A stretch of 64,000 nt of DNA from Candidatus Heimdallarchaeota archaeon (GTDB lineage: Archaea; Asgardarchaeota; Heimdallarchaeia; Hodarchaeales; Hodarchaeaceae). Made by a program: the position numbers and the translations under genes. Below, piece after piece: positions 21,193-30,874 of the stretch; the first letter of the stretch is position 1, and every line of letters begins with the position of its first letter. The DNA is taken from assembly GCA_011364965.1 (NCBI GenBank), contig RDOB01000002.1, forward strand, positions 160,001-224,000, in the 5' to 3' direction. A model generated the notes under the pieces. It was not told where the DNA came from. It was given only the letters and a program-made list of their open reading frames with translations, and did not search any database.

Positions 21193-21456
21193 TTAGTAGA
21201 TATAATCCATTTTTCTTTTTTTTACATAATAACGATGGATAATGAATAGATAGAAGAAAAGTACTATACCCATACCGATCATGAGAAATGATAATGAAAT
21301 CTTAAACCAAGTAGCATCTGGGATTATGGGAAGATCTTCAAATAATTGATTAGGAATAAAGAAAGGAAATATTACTCCAGTAATAATAAGAATAAAAGCT
21401 GCGATACTCCCAAAAAATTCTGTTCGATTTCTTTGTAGGAAGCGACGAAAGGCCAT
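21193..21456 (-). CDS. Small 2-TM membrane protein
   Basis: 87 aa, two hydrophobic helices flanked by basic residues. Confidence 0.7.
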   Translation of the reverse strand: MAFRRFLQRNRTEFFGSIAAFILIITGVIFPFFIPNQLFEDLPIIPDATWFKISLSFLMIGMGIVLFFYLFIIHRYYVKKRKMDYIY

Positions 21457-21707
21457 TTTAGATCATTTTTCCTTTTTCATCTGGATTGAGAATTGTTTTC
21501 ATGATTTTATCCGTAATTATCAACAAATTTATACATGTGATTAAATAAACTTTCTTATTACTAGCAATAGTCGGGACTACCAAGTCTTATTTCAATAATT
21601 TTGAAGCAACTAACTTGATTTTTGTTATCCGACATAATTATTTTACCCTTATTTTTTCTTCTCTATTTTAACCTTTTTTCAAGAAAAGGAGTATCTTTTA
21701 ATCAGAC

Positions 21708-21780
21708 TTTATAAATGCATGTGATACGCCTTATAAATGTGTGAGGAATTAAGTAGGATTTATAAAGGCCGATACGCCTT
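21708..21780. promoter_or_regulatory. Imperfect direct repeat TTTATAAA-N(4-7)-GATACGCCTT with three TTATAAA boxes in the divergent region upstream of the polymerase
   Basis: TTTATAAA at 21708 and 21759, TTATAAA at 21731, GATACGCCTT at 21723 and 21771. Confidence 0.45.
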
Positions 21781-22023
21781 GCTATCGAAGACTATTCCTG
21801 AATCAAATATGCGAATAGTTTTTTAATTCCCCAATAAGTTGTGTATATCGCGTCACCCACTAAAAGGACTGATTTTGGCTTTGTTTTCCATCTTGCTGAG
21901 CAATAATATGGAAGAATTACAGCCAATAAATGAAAAAAAGGGTTCAATTGGCATAATTATGAAAGCAGAGTTAAGTTTCTATGAAACTGACCTGTAAATT
22001 TTGTTATTTCATGAGTCGATTTA

Positions 22024-25000
22024 ATGGCATCCTCACAAAGAAGAAACGAAACATTTTTAGGTTATAGATCGTGGTTTGATGCGTTTCGATTTAATGAAAG
22101 AATCTCCCTTCCAATTTTTATTCTTGATTATCAAACATCAAGTTTTTGGAAGGAAAATGAGGAGACAATTAATGAGTATGAAACTGATCAAAATCACTCG
22201 CGATCCATGCTAATAAATGGTATACAAATTTTCTTCCTTGATGAAAATCATCAAAAACGTAAAGCATTTTTACGTCATGAACCTTACTTTTATCTCTTAC
22301 TTGAAAAAGACCTTTCAAAGGAACATCTCAATCGAATCATTTCACAAATCTATCAAATAGGAGAAAATCACGTTCAACAAATAGAGGAGAAGAATTACTA
22401 CGATGCTGCTGATCTTACATTCCTTGTTTCCAAGTCATTTCTAAAGATCACCGTTGATCATCCCGGTTCTGTTCCTAAATTACGAGATAAATGTGAAGCA
22501 TTAAATGGAGTAATCGAATGGCGAGAAGCAGATGTATTATTTCATCATAGAACTGCAATAGACCATAATTTACGCGTAGGATATTGGTATCAAGCTGAAA
22601 TCCGAGGTGGAGAAATTCAATCTATTTATCATATAAATAATAAAGCACCACCTCAATTAAAAATACTAGCATTCGATATAGAAACTGCTTTTGAAACAAC
22701 AAGAGAACCTAATCCGAACCGCGATGAAATATCAATGATTTCATTATTTACTGGAGATAGGAACTATCTTCTAGTAAATTCGTCTGTGGTTGAAACCAAG
22801 GATATCAGAAATATTGATATACTCCTAAGGTACGCTGATAAAGAACATAAGAAGCCTTGGGTGGATTGGCGATATTCAAATGATACTTTTGAAGCGCCTG
22901 AACATATTGAAAAGTATTATTTTAATATCCAGCTCTTTGATAACGAGCGAGAAATTTTACAGGCATTTTATCAAGTGATCAGAGACTATCAACCTGATGT
23001 TCTTGCTGATTTTTTTGGGGGAAGATTTGATATCCCTTTTCTTTCTGTGAGGTCAGAGCTTAACAATTTGTCTTTGGAAAGGGAAACTGGATTTAAGATT
23101 GTTTTTAAAATAGGTACCGGTAAAAGATCAAACGAAAAGACTGATTTGAAGAACAATTATACTCCTAATAGCATAGATTATGTTGAAGGAGCAGGAATTA
23201 TACATCTAGATGCCTTCCTATTTAATGAGAAATACAGTTACCTTCCCAAGAAGGATTTAGGTTTAAAACAGAGTGTTGAGAAAAAACTCAAAATTATTCC
23301 AATAGGTAGAGAAGCATTATTTGCTATCGAAGAAAATCCTGCCGAAGCTGCTGCATATGCGGGATGTGATGGATATATTTCGTGGAAATATGTTAAGGAA
23401 ATTGTCCTTGATTTTTTCATCTCTATGGGACAGATGTTTCCCGTTCCTGCTTCAGAGTTGTTATCCCGAAGATCAGGCTCTTTGGATGACTTATTGATCG
23501 ATGCAGAAAATTTCCAGCATGGAATTGTCAGTAAAAGAAAAATCTCTTCCAAAATAATTGAATCTTTTTCGCCTAAACTTGTGATAAACAATCTTGCTTA
23601 TACAGGTGGACTAGTTGAAGCTAGACGTCCTGGAATTTTCAGAAGTGATATTTTCTATGATTTTAAATCAGAGAAAGAAGCTTTAGATGAATTAAAGATT
23701 GCAATTGAAAAAGTAATACGAAAAGAAAGTATGGAATTAAATAAAAAGATTATAAAGGAGGAATTTGAGAAACAAGTCCTCTCTGAGCTTGGAGATGTGG
23801 TTATTGAGTATTCAGAAGATCCTTCTGAGATCTTATCACAAATTGAATCTGGAATGGTAAGAAATGGTGTTCCAAGAGCGAAATTAAAGATCCAGTTGAA
23901 TAAAATTCGGGATATATTAGAAAATATATCTGCATATCACCCTGAAGATGTGGAAAATATTATAGATGAGGTATTTCAAGCACTAGACAAATTAAAGCTT
24001 TCTAATGACAAAACAAAGTTAATTGGAGTTCATGTTGACGTTACAAGTATGTACCCATCTCAAATTCGTCAATATAAACTTCAACCTTCAGGAATTGTAC
24101 CTTTAACGAAATGCCAAACATGTGATTTATACGAAAAGGATGAAAGTTGCCTTTTTGACGGAGATTGGGTTATAAAAATTTCATCACAGCGTCCTTGTCG
24201 ATTTAAGGTGGAAGGTTCTAGTAAATGTGATCCCTCAGTTTGCAAAGCGGAGAATGAACTAAAATGTAAAAGGTATCAACCTTTGCAAGATTCACTTGGA
24301 CGATCTCAAGAGATTTATACCTTTAATGGAGAAAAAACAGAAGCTTATACCAGAAGAGGTGACCAATTAATACAAGTTCCAATAAGTGAAACCTATTTGG
24401 GTTTAACAACTGAACATGATCTTTTCATTTCTGTTCAACAGTGGTTACGAAGAAATGTAGAGGCAACTCAATTAACAACTAAATTGGACAAGAACTATTT
24501 TGATATATTTGAAGATCAACCTCCTGATTTTGAACTTCCTCCCAATACGTTCATGAGTATTGATACTAGAACGAAAAAAATTAGTATATTGTTATCTGTA
24601 AATTCTCGGGTGTGCCAAAAAGCATATAATTTTGTTGCCAGAATTATGGATGATTTTTTCAATACAAGGGTAAAGCATAAGTTAGAGGCCCAAAGACTTA
24701 AACAGGTTATTTCTCAAAGGAAATCTGCAAATTTAGCTATTCCTTCTGAATTAACTAGACTTCAAAAATTCCATGATAGCACACAATTAGGAATGAAAGT
24801 TCCTTTAAATAGTATATACGGACTTTTAGGTATGAAGGGAGGTGTAAGAAATGCTAGTACGCCCTGCGCTGGAATTACAACAAAATTGTCAGCAGATTTA
24901 ATCCATTGGGCTGCAGAAGAGCTAGAGTACGTTGGTTTAGTTACAGAATTAGATACTGATGGTATCTGGTTATGGGTACCCCAAGATTTTCCGCTTTTCT

Positions 25001-26427
25001 TTAAAGTTTGCCTTTCCAATCCTAATGTTAAGAACAGTAAGAAGCAATTTGAAGTAAGTCTAATCGACAAAATTCTCAACGAAAAGGTCAAGAAATTTTC
25101 TCAGAACGATAATTATTGGGTAAATGACGGGCATTGTATTAGTCGATCGCGAAAGAACTTAATTAAATTTGAACAAGACGGCCCCTATGATTTTCAGTTT
25201 GTCATGGGAAAAAAGAAATATATAATTTATAATTATGAAAATAATGAATGGCAAGAAAAAGAGATAACTGGATTAGAATCAAAAAGAGCAGACTTTTCAA
25301 AATTACAGAAATATTTTCAAGAAAAGATCATCAATAGCTATCTAGAGGACTATGATCCGCAAAATCCCATTACTTTAGAAGAGCTTTATCAAAATGCAGA
25401 TAAAATGGCTCAGAAAATAAAAGAAGAAATTTATAGCGGAACTATTGATCCTAGTTATTTCGTAAAACCAAAAGCTATCAACAAACCTTTAAGTGCTTAC
25501 AAATCCAAACTTCCCCAAGTGAACGCAGCTTATATCCTTCGAGACCTTGGTTTTTCTGTGGATCCAGGTACAAGGATCCAGATGTTAAATTTAAAAGGTA
25601 ATCATGTAATCCCTCGACAAGTTTTTGATTTTGATTTCAAGAAAATAAAGGAAGTTCTTGTTAAGCATGCAATTGCTACATTGAGTTTCATGCTGGGAGA
25701 ACTATCGACAAAAGAGGACCTAATGAAATTAATTGATGTGAATCAGTACTCAGAAGATCTTTTTGGTCCCGGAAGAATTTATGATAGAATGATAAAATAT
25801 CCAATGGAAATTCAACAAGTTTCGAGTAGTGCACAAACAACTTTGAATCTAAAATCGAAAATCAGAAGTAAGAAGACTGAGACTGATAGTAATTTTGAAG
25901 ATGAAGGCCCCATTACTGATGAGAAAGAAAATTTAAAAAATGAAAAAGCATTACCACATCTTAAACCAAAACCGAGACAAAAAAGAGGGATTCGCAGAAA
26001 GAAAAAGAGGCAGAGGAATGAAGCTCAGCCTATTGCACTTGATGCTTTACTTGAACCTTCACAATCAGTTAATAAGGGAAATAAAATTGAAATCAAAGAG
26101 AATGAGTATATAACAAGAGAAACCGAGGCCAAAAAAGTAATCCAAATAAGGGGCTCCTCCGATAAAGTAGAATCTGAAGTTTTTAGAGAAAATTCCCAGA
26201 ATAAATCTCTAAGTAAAGATGCTTTGGTTTCCACTGATGAAATTTCTGAGTTAGAATCAGATGAGATTTTTAATAATGGATCTGGCAATGGTAAGAGTGC
26301 AAAAAGTCTAGAGTTAGGAACGTTGGAGGAAGAGCTAATTGTCTGCTCGGAATGTGGGGCGTTAGTAAGCCCGCGAGAAATTACTAATGAAGGGTGTATT
26401 TTCTGTGGAGGAGAATCTTTAATCTAA
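22024..26427 (+). CDS. Family B DNA polymerase, eukaryotic Pol epsilon (POLE/Pol2)-like catalytic subunit
   Basis: AFDIET (ExoI), FDIPF, SYLP, YAGCD, GIFRSDI, HVDVTSMYPS, LQP, CxxC-x8-C, KVPLNSIYG, ELDTDGIW, FEQDGPY, GLESKR; C-terminal CSEC..CIFC. Confidence 0.95.
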   Translation: MASSQRRNETFLGYRSWFDAFRFNERISLPIFILDYQTSSFWKENEETINEYETDQNHSRSMLINGIQIFFLDENHQKRKAFLRHEPYFYLLLEKDLSKEHLNRIISQIYQIGENHVQQIEEKNYYDAADLTFLVSKSFLKITVDHPGSVPKLRDKCEALNGVIEWREADVLFHHRTAIDHNLRVGYWYQAEIRGGEIQSIYHINNKAPPQLKILAFDIETAFETTREPNPNRDEISMISLFTGDRNYLLVNSSVVETKDIRNIDILLRYADKEHKKPWVDWRYSNDTFEAPEHIEKYYFNIQLFDNEREILQAFYQVIRDYQPDVLADFFGGRFDIPFLSVRSELNNLSLERETGFKIVFKIGTGKRSNEKTDLKNNYTPNSIDYVEGAGIIHLDAFLFNEKYSYLPKKDLGLKQSVEKKLKIIPIGREALFAIEENPAEAAAYAGCDGYISWKYVKEIVLDFFISMGQMFPVPASELLSRRSGSLDDLLIDAENFQHGIVSKRKISSKIIESFSPKLVINNLAYTGGLVEARRPGIFRSDIFYDFKSEKEALDELKIAIEKVIRKESMELNKKIIKEEFEKQVLSELGDVVIEYSEDPSEILSQIESGMVRNGVPRAKLKIQLNKIRDILENISAYHPEDVENIIDEVFQALDKLKLSNDKTKLIGVHVDVTSMYPSQIRQYKLQPSGIVPLTKCQTCDLYEKDESCLFDGDWVIKISSQRPCRFKVEGSSKCDPSVCKAENELKCKRYQPLQDSLGRSQEIYTFNGEKTEAYTRRGDQLIQVPISETYLGLTTEHDLFISVQQWLRRNVEATQLTTKLDKNYFDIFEDQPPDFELPPNTFMSIDTRTKKISILLSVNSRVCQKAYNFVARIMDDFFNTRVKHKLEAQRLKQVISQRKSANLAIPSELTRLQKFHDSTQLGMKVPLNSIYGLLGMKGGVRNASTPCAGITTKLSADLIHWAAEELEYVGLVTELDTDGIWLWVPQDFPLFFKVCLSNPNVKNSKKQFEVSLIDKILNEKVKKFSQNDNYWVNDGHCISRSRKNLIKFEQDGPYDFQFVMGKKKYIIYNYENNEWQEKEITGLESKRADFSKLQKYFQEKIINSYLEDYDPQNPITLEELYQNADKMAQKIKEEIYSGTIDPSYFVKPKAINKPLSAYKSKLPQVNAAYILRDLGFSVDPGTRIQMLNLKGNHVIPRQVFDFDFKKIKEVLVKHAIATLSFMLGELSTKEDLMKLIDVNQYSEDLFGPGRIYDRMIKYPMEIQQVSSSAQTTLNLKSKIRSKKTETDSNFEDEGPITDEKENLKNEKALPHLKPKPRQKRGIRRKKKRQRNEAQPIALDALLEPSQSVNKGNKIEIKENEYITRETEAKKVIQIRGSSDKVESEVFRENSQNKSLSKDALVSTDEISELESDEIFNNGSGNGKSAKSLELGTLEEELIVCSECGALVSPREITNEGCIFCGGESLI

Positions 26428-26660
26428 AACTTCTTCTGTTATTTAAGAGAAGGATTTATCCAGTTAATATGTCATATATATTCTAATTCTTGTTATTCAT
26501 TATTATTTTCATTATTTACCACAACACAACTATTTAAAATAAAATGTAATTTTGTTACACAAAATTTATCTTATGACACTTAGGAGACTTTTTTTATCTC
26601 CTATCTCTTGGTCTGTAGTATTCAAAAATACCATCAAATCTGCATATGGGATGAACATAC

Positions 26661-28919
26661 ATGGAAAATATAGCTAATTTACAATCAATTGGATCACTTG
26701 AAAATTTTGCCTTAAATAAAACTGAACAATTTTTAAAACCCCGAACACCTTTAGATTTTCTATTTTTAGTATTATGCATATTATGGTGGATAATTGCAGT
26801 TGTTTTTCCAAGTACCCCAATTTTTCGAGGTACAATATTTAGTTTTGCTATTGTTGTGTTTTTCCTGATCCCTATATACATTCTTTTTAATAAAGAAGGG
26901 CATACCATGGCTTCTCCCCTGAACCGTGCCTTCAAACTTCTATTATTTTATCTATTGATTAATTTCTTTATTCCCTCTTCTAATATTCCCAATTTTCTTC
27001 CTCCAAGTATTCCGATAACGTATGGTGAGATAGAAAGGACAATTGTATGTCTATTAATACCTCTCACTATGTTAATAAAAGCCTTTGCCCTGGATACTCT
27101 GCGAATTGGATATTTATTTTACATTCAAAGCATTATACGAGGTTTCTGGACTGCATTTATTATTTTGTTCATTATGAAGGGGATTCAACTCTTTATTCCT
27201 ACTCCTCTAATAAATTTCGATTTTGATCTCTTTCTGCTACTAGCTTTTGGATTATATTTATTTGGATCAGTGTTACCAGGAGTACCAAAACAAATATCTT
27301 TTGATGCTAGTTCATTCATTAACCAGTATCAGGCGTTACAAACAAGAATGGAAAGAATTCGTGACGCATTACTTACATCAGCAATTACTTTGTTAATTTT
27401 CTTGTGGTTACAATGGATTAATTTATCAAATCGGGAATTATTTCAATATATCGCTTTTATTTGTTTAGTTATGGGTATTTTATTAATATTTGCACCCAAA
27501 AAGAAAACACAGAATGGATTAAATTCACTCTTAAGTTCTCTTTCCCAAAAGGGAAATTTTATTGATCCAAAAAGTCAGCTTGGTTCCAAGGTACAAGAAT
27601 ATGCAAAAAGCATACAAGCAGTAGAATTTAATAAACCAAATCAAGTATATTCGATCCCTTCTGAATCCCTTAAGTTAATAAGTAAAGGTAAAACCTCAAT
27701 TAGCGCTAATAAAGGTACTTTAGCTGTTCCAACTGTAACAGATAAGGGAACAGCTCTGGTACTAATGGGAAAATCAGAAATGACAACTGAAGAAGGTGAA
27801 AAGGTGCTTGGAGAAACAACAACAATATGGCTTCCACCAGAGGAATGGGATAGAGTAAAAGTAAACTTACAGCCCAAAAAGATGGAAGAAATTCTTCAAA
27901 CTGACCTTAAAGAAGCTGGTCTTGAGAATTTTAATGATTTAGTCAATAAATCCAAACACGCTTTAGAGGAGTTAAAATCCTGGAAAGGGCCCGAAAATAT
28001 ATTTTCTTCCGTGCTCGATGCTCCCACCTCTAAGTACACCATTACTGAAACAAAAGATTATTCTTTAGTGCGATTACCTGGAATTTTTGTTTTTGAGGCC
28101 AAAGGAATTGAATTAGTTAATATTCTGGGGGGATTAGTTAAAGTTATTGAAGTTAAAGGCGTAGGAGAGTATGTTCAAATTCTGGGAGGACTCGTAACTG
28201 TTTTAGATACTCCTGATTACGAATTTGTGCAAACACCTTTTGTTTCTGTAATTGATACCCCACAGGGAGAAATGGTTAGGGTATTTGGAATTAATATTCA
28301 AGAAGGAGACAAAATTGATTTAATTAAAATGAGAGAAAAAATTTTACGGGATCAAGCTAGTTTTGATTCTTTATTCACGCAAAAAATTGATACTATATTT
28401 CAAGAAAATCCCCAAATTTTATTAACTGAATCCAAAGGAACGACTGAAGGGTTTCTATTTGGGCAAGACGAAATATTAGGTGATCTGGTGGAACGTTCAA
28501 AGAAAAGTAAGAAGAAAGACAAACAAGTGAGAGTTCCTCCAATTCCTCCAATTCCTCCAATTCCTCCAAAACCAATTAAGCCAGACAAATCTACAGTACT
28601 TGGAAAATTCCAATGGACTAATCAAATAGAAAAGGTTTCATCGGAGAGCATCAAGGAAATTTCCTATAAAAGAGATATATCCAATGACATCCATTTATTA
28701 GAAAGTGATGACAAGGATTCTGAAGCTCATCCTCAGATTATTGAACTTCAAGATGCAATTAAAAGAACTGAAACAATGATTGATAATGCAGATGAAAGAT
28801 TAATTTCAGGTGAAATTTCAGAAGAAAAACACACAGAAATAATAGATCGTTTAATTAAAAGGAAGAAGGATCTCGAGGAGCAAATTGAACGAATTAATGG
28901 AAGATTGAAATTGCTATAA
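26661..28919 (+). CDS. Multi-TM membrane protein with a cytoplasmic beta-hairpin repeat region, a PPI repeat and a C-terminal coiled coil
   Basis: About 8 N-terminal TMs, ~17-18-aa repeats (V.E......V.I.GG), PPIPPIPPIPP, helical C-terminus. Confidence 0.8.
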   Translation: MENIANLQSIGSLENFALNKTEQFLKPRTPLDFLFLVLCILWWIIAVVFPSTPIFRGTIFSFAIVVFFLIPIYILFNKEGHTMASPLNRAFKLLLFYLLINFFIPSSNIPNFLPPSIPITYGEIERTIVCLLIPLTMLIKAFALDTLRIGYLFYIQSIIRGFWTAFIILFIMKGIQLFIPTPLINFDFDLFLLLAFGLYLFGSVLPGVPKQISFDASSFINQYQALQTRMERIRDALLTSAITLLIFLWLQWINLSNRELFQYIAFICLVMGILLIFAPKKKTQNGLNSLLSSLSQKGNFIDPKSQLGSKVQEYAKSIQAVEFNKPNQVYSIPSESLKLISKGKTSISANKGTLAVPTVTDKGTALVLMGKSEMTTEEGEKVLGETTTIWLPPEEWDRVKVNLQPKKMEEILQTDLKEAGLENFNDLVNKSKHALEELKSWKGPENIFSSVLDAPTSKYTITETKDYSLVRLPGIFVFEAKGIELVNILGGLVKVIEVKGVGEYVQILGGLVTVLDTPDYEFVQTPFVSVIDTPQGEMVRVFGINIQEGDKIDLIKMREKILRDQASFDSLFTQKIDTIFQENPQILLTESKGTTEGFLFGQDEILGDLVERSKKSKKKDKQVRVPPIPPIPPIPPKPIKPDKSTVLGKFQWTNQIEKVSSESIKEISYKRDISNDIHLLESDDKDSEAHPQIIELQDAIKRTETMIDNADERLISGEISEEKHTEIIDRLIKRKKDLEEQIERINGRLKLL
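28534..28569 (+). repeat. Perfect 9-bp tandem repeat (TTCCTCCAA)x4 encoding PPI repeats
   Basis: Read directly from the sequence. Confidence 0.95.
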
Positions 28920-28924
28920 TATTA

Positions 28925-30844
28925 TTAATCTTCCATTGGATTTAATGTTAGATTTAAACTTTCTATTAGGCTTTTAATCTTGTATTTAGCTTCCGCTGAG
29001 ACAAATTCTCCCTCCTTTTGCCTTAAAGATTTTATTCGATCTTGAATAGTTTTTTCTCGTTCTTTATCATTAATTTTCGGATTCAATTCGGTCCAATCTA
29101 ATAAAAAGGAAGCTGCACGCATGAAATAATCTAGTGATTTTGATTCTTCATTCTCGTTGAACGCTACAATCCCTGCATGGTGATACATTGTACTTGCTCT
29201 CCGAAAACTGATTCCTGCGTTGATTATGATCTTTTCTTGTTGTTCTTGCGCCTTCTGGTTTTTCAAATCATTTTCCAATCCTTTTGCTGCCTCCAAAAAG
29301 GCATATGCTGCTTTCTCGTACTGCTCGATCTGGAATAAGTTATTTGCATATTCAACATTAACAAAAACCATTTCAGAGGGTGAAAATTTTCCTTTTCTTA
29401 AATACTTTAACGCGTCTTCAAAAGAGCTTAATGCTGCACGAATTGCGTTATTTTTGTTTTCTAGCTTTCCTCGTTCAAATAATGTTAGACCTAATAGAGC
29501 TGAAGATTGTTCTGAAGATTCTTGTTTATAAAGGATTTCAAGAATTTTATTAAATAGCTTCAATGAGACATTTGGAGAATCAGAGTTTTTTGCTGTATCA
29601 AATAATGTTTTTGCTGCAAGAATGTTTTCATTTACATCAATGAAAATATTAATGGCAGTTAATAATAGTGAAAGCGCTTTTTCACTGTTTCCAAGTGAGA
29701 AGTATGCATTTGCTGCAAGTATTAAAGAGCGGGCCGTATCCTTCTCCCTTCCTGGTATTTTTTGAAGAAGATCGGCTGTTGTGATTCGTTGTTCAGCTGC
29801 TTTCCTAAGTAAACCTAATGCTAATGCTGGATTCTCGTTTTTTTCTTGGTCTGCTTGAGACGAAAGTTTACTTGAATAGATTGCAGAAACTTTTGCAGCT
29901 AAAGATATATCTGAAGATTTAGCAAGTTTTATTGCTTTTTCAAAATAGCTATTTGCTTCTTCACGTTTATTTTGTTCATGATAAGCAGTTGCTATTTCAT
30001 AATTCAATATTATTTGCGTTTTTGGATTTGTTAGCCAAAGTGATCCTGCTTGCATTAATTCTATTGCTTTATCAAATTCTTTTAGATAAGATGCAGCTTT
30101 TCCTGCCAAGAAAGAAGATTCTCCTGCTTTTTCGAGCTGTCTTACCTGTGCAAATAAATCAGCAGCTTTCTCAAAAGCTTCTTTTCCATCGTGAAAATTT
30201 CCACTTGCTAAAAAAATATTTCCAACTAACATGAAAGCTTCAGCTGAAGAATTATCATCAATGGTTTCCAAACGATTTGCTATCTTTAAAGCAGTCCAAA
30301 GCTGCTGTCTATCTTTTAGCTCTGTCCAAGCTTGCTTTGCAACTTCTAAGTCTCTTAATGCTTGTGAAATAGCATAATCTTCCCCTACATCCATTGAAAT
30401 TGATTTTGTTTCGATTTTTTCAGGCTCTCTTGACGATTTTGAAGCAATTTTATACCAAATATCTTCTGTTTTAAAGTTAGATTTTCTTTCCTTTAATATG
30501 TTTAAATATTCGTAAATATACATATTTAAATGCGTATTGATTAAATAGGAAGTTTCCTGATCCGAGATGAACGCTATGAAGAATACTCTTTCTTTTCCTC
30601 TTAATGAATGATCTTCCCAAGAATCAAACGCAACTCTGGCAACTGTTGTGTTACCAAGGCTTAACAGAGGCACAGTGAATTCCGTTCTTTGCGTATGACC
30701 GTGTTGTCCAAAAACAGTGACAGAGGCCAAATAAATTTGTAATGCTACTGATTCTGGGTCTTCTAAAGATGAATTAGGGTAAATTGAAATGATTTGGGGT
30801 CCAGATACTTCATCCCATTGAACTGCAAGTATTGATAAATCCAT
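28925..30844 (-). CDS. Longin/uDENN (FLCN/SMCR8-like) domain fused to a SNAP-like TPR solenoid
   Basis: WDEVSGPQIISIYP and DHSLRGKERVFFIAFIS, then repeated A..F..AA..F helices. Confidence 0.8.
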   Translation of the reverse strand: MDLSILAVQWDEVSGPQIISIYPNSSLEDPESVALQIYLASVTVFGQHGHTQRTEFTVPLLSLGNTTVARVAFDSWEDHSLRGKERVFFIAFISDQETSYLINTHLNMYIYEYLNILKERKSNFKTEDIWYKIASKSSREPEKIETKSISMDVGEDYAISQALRDLEVAKQAWTELKDRQQLWTALKIANRLETIDDNSSAEAFMLVGNIFLASGNFHDGKEAFEKAADLFAQVRQLEKAGESSFLAGKAASYLKEFDKAIELMQAGSLWLTNPKTQIILNYEIATAYHEQNKREEANSYFEKAIKLAKSSDISLAAKVSAIYSSKLSSQADQEKNENPALALGLLRKAAEQRITTADLLQKIPGREKDTARSLILAANAYFSLGNSEKALSLLLTAINIFIDVNENILAAKTLFDTAKNSDSPNVSLKLFNKILEILYKQESSEQSSALLGLTLFERGKLENKNNAIRAALSSFEDALKYLRKGKFSPSEMVFVNVEYANNLFQIEQYEKAAYAFLEAAKGLENDLKNQKAQEQQEKIIINAGISFRRASTMYHHAGIVAFNENEESKSLDYFMRAASFLLDWTELNPKINDKEREKTIQDRIKSLRQKEGEFVSAEAKYKIKSLIESLNLTLNPMED

Positions 30845-30874
30845 TCTTGAAGTATAACTCTCTTCAATTGGCGT

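Noticed and set aside
22024-26427. Intein or viral/casposon origin to explain the large PolB
   Set aside because: No intein splice or LAGLIDADG motifs were seen. Pol-epsilon-type insertions and the tail explain the length, and the neighbours are cellular genes.
28534-28569. CRISPR-like or regulatory repeat
   Set aside because: It is a spacer-less, in-frame 9-bp coding repeat
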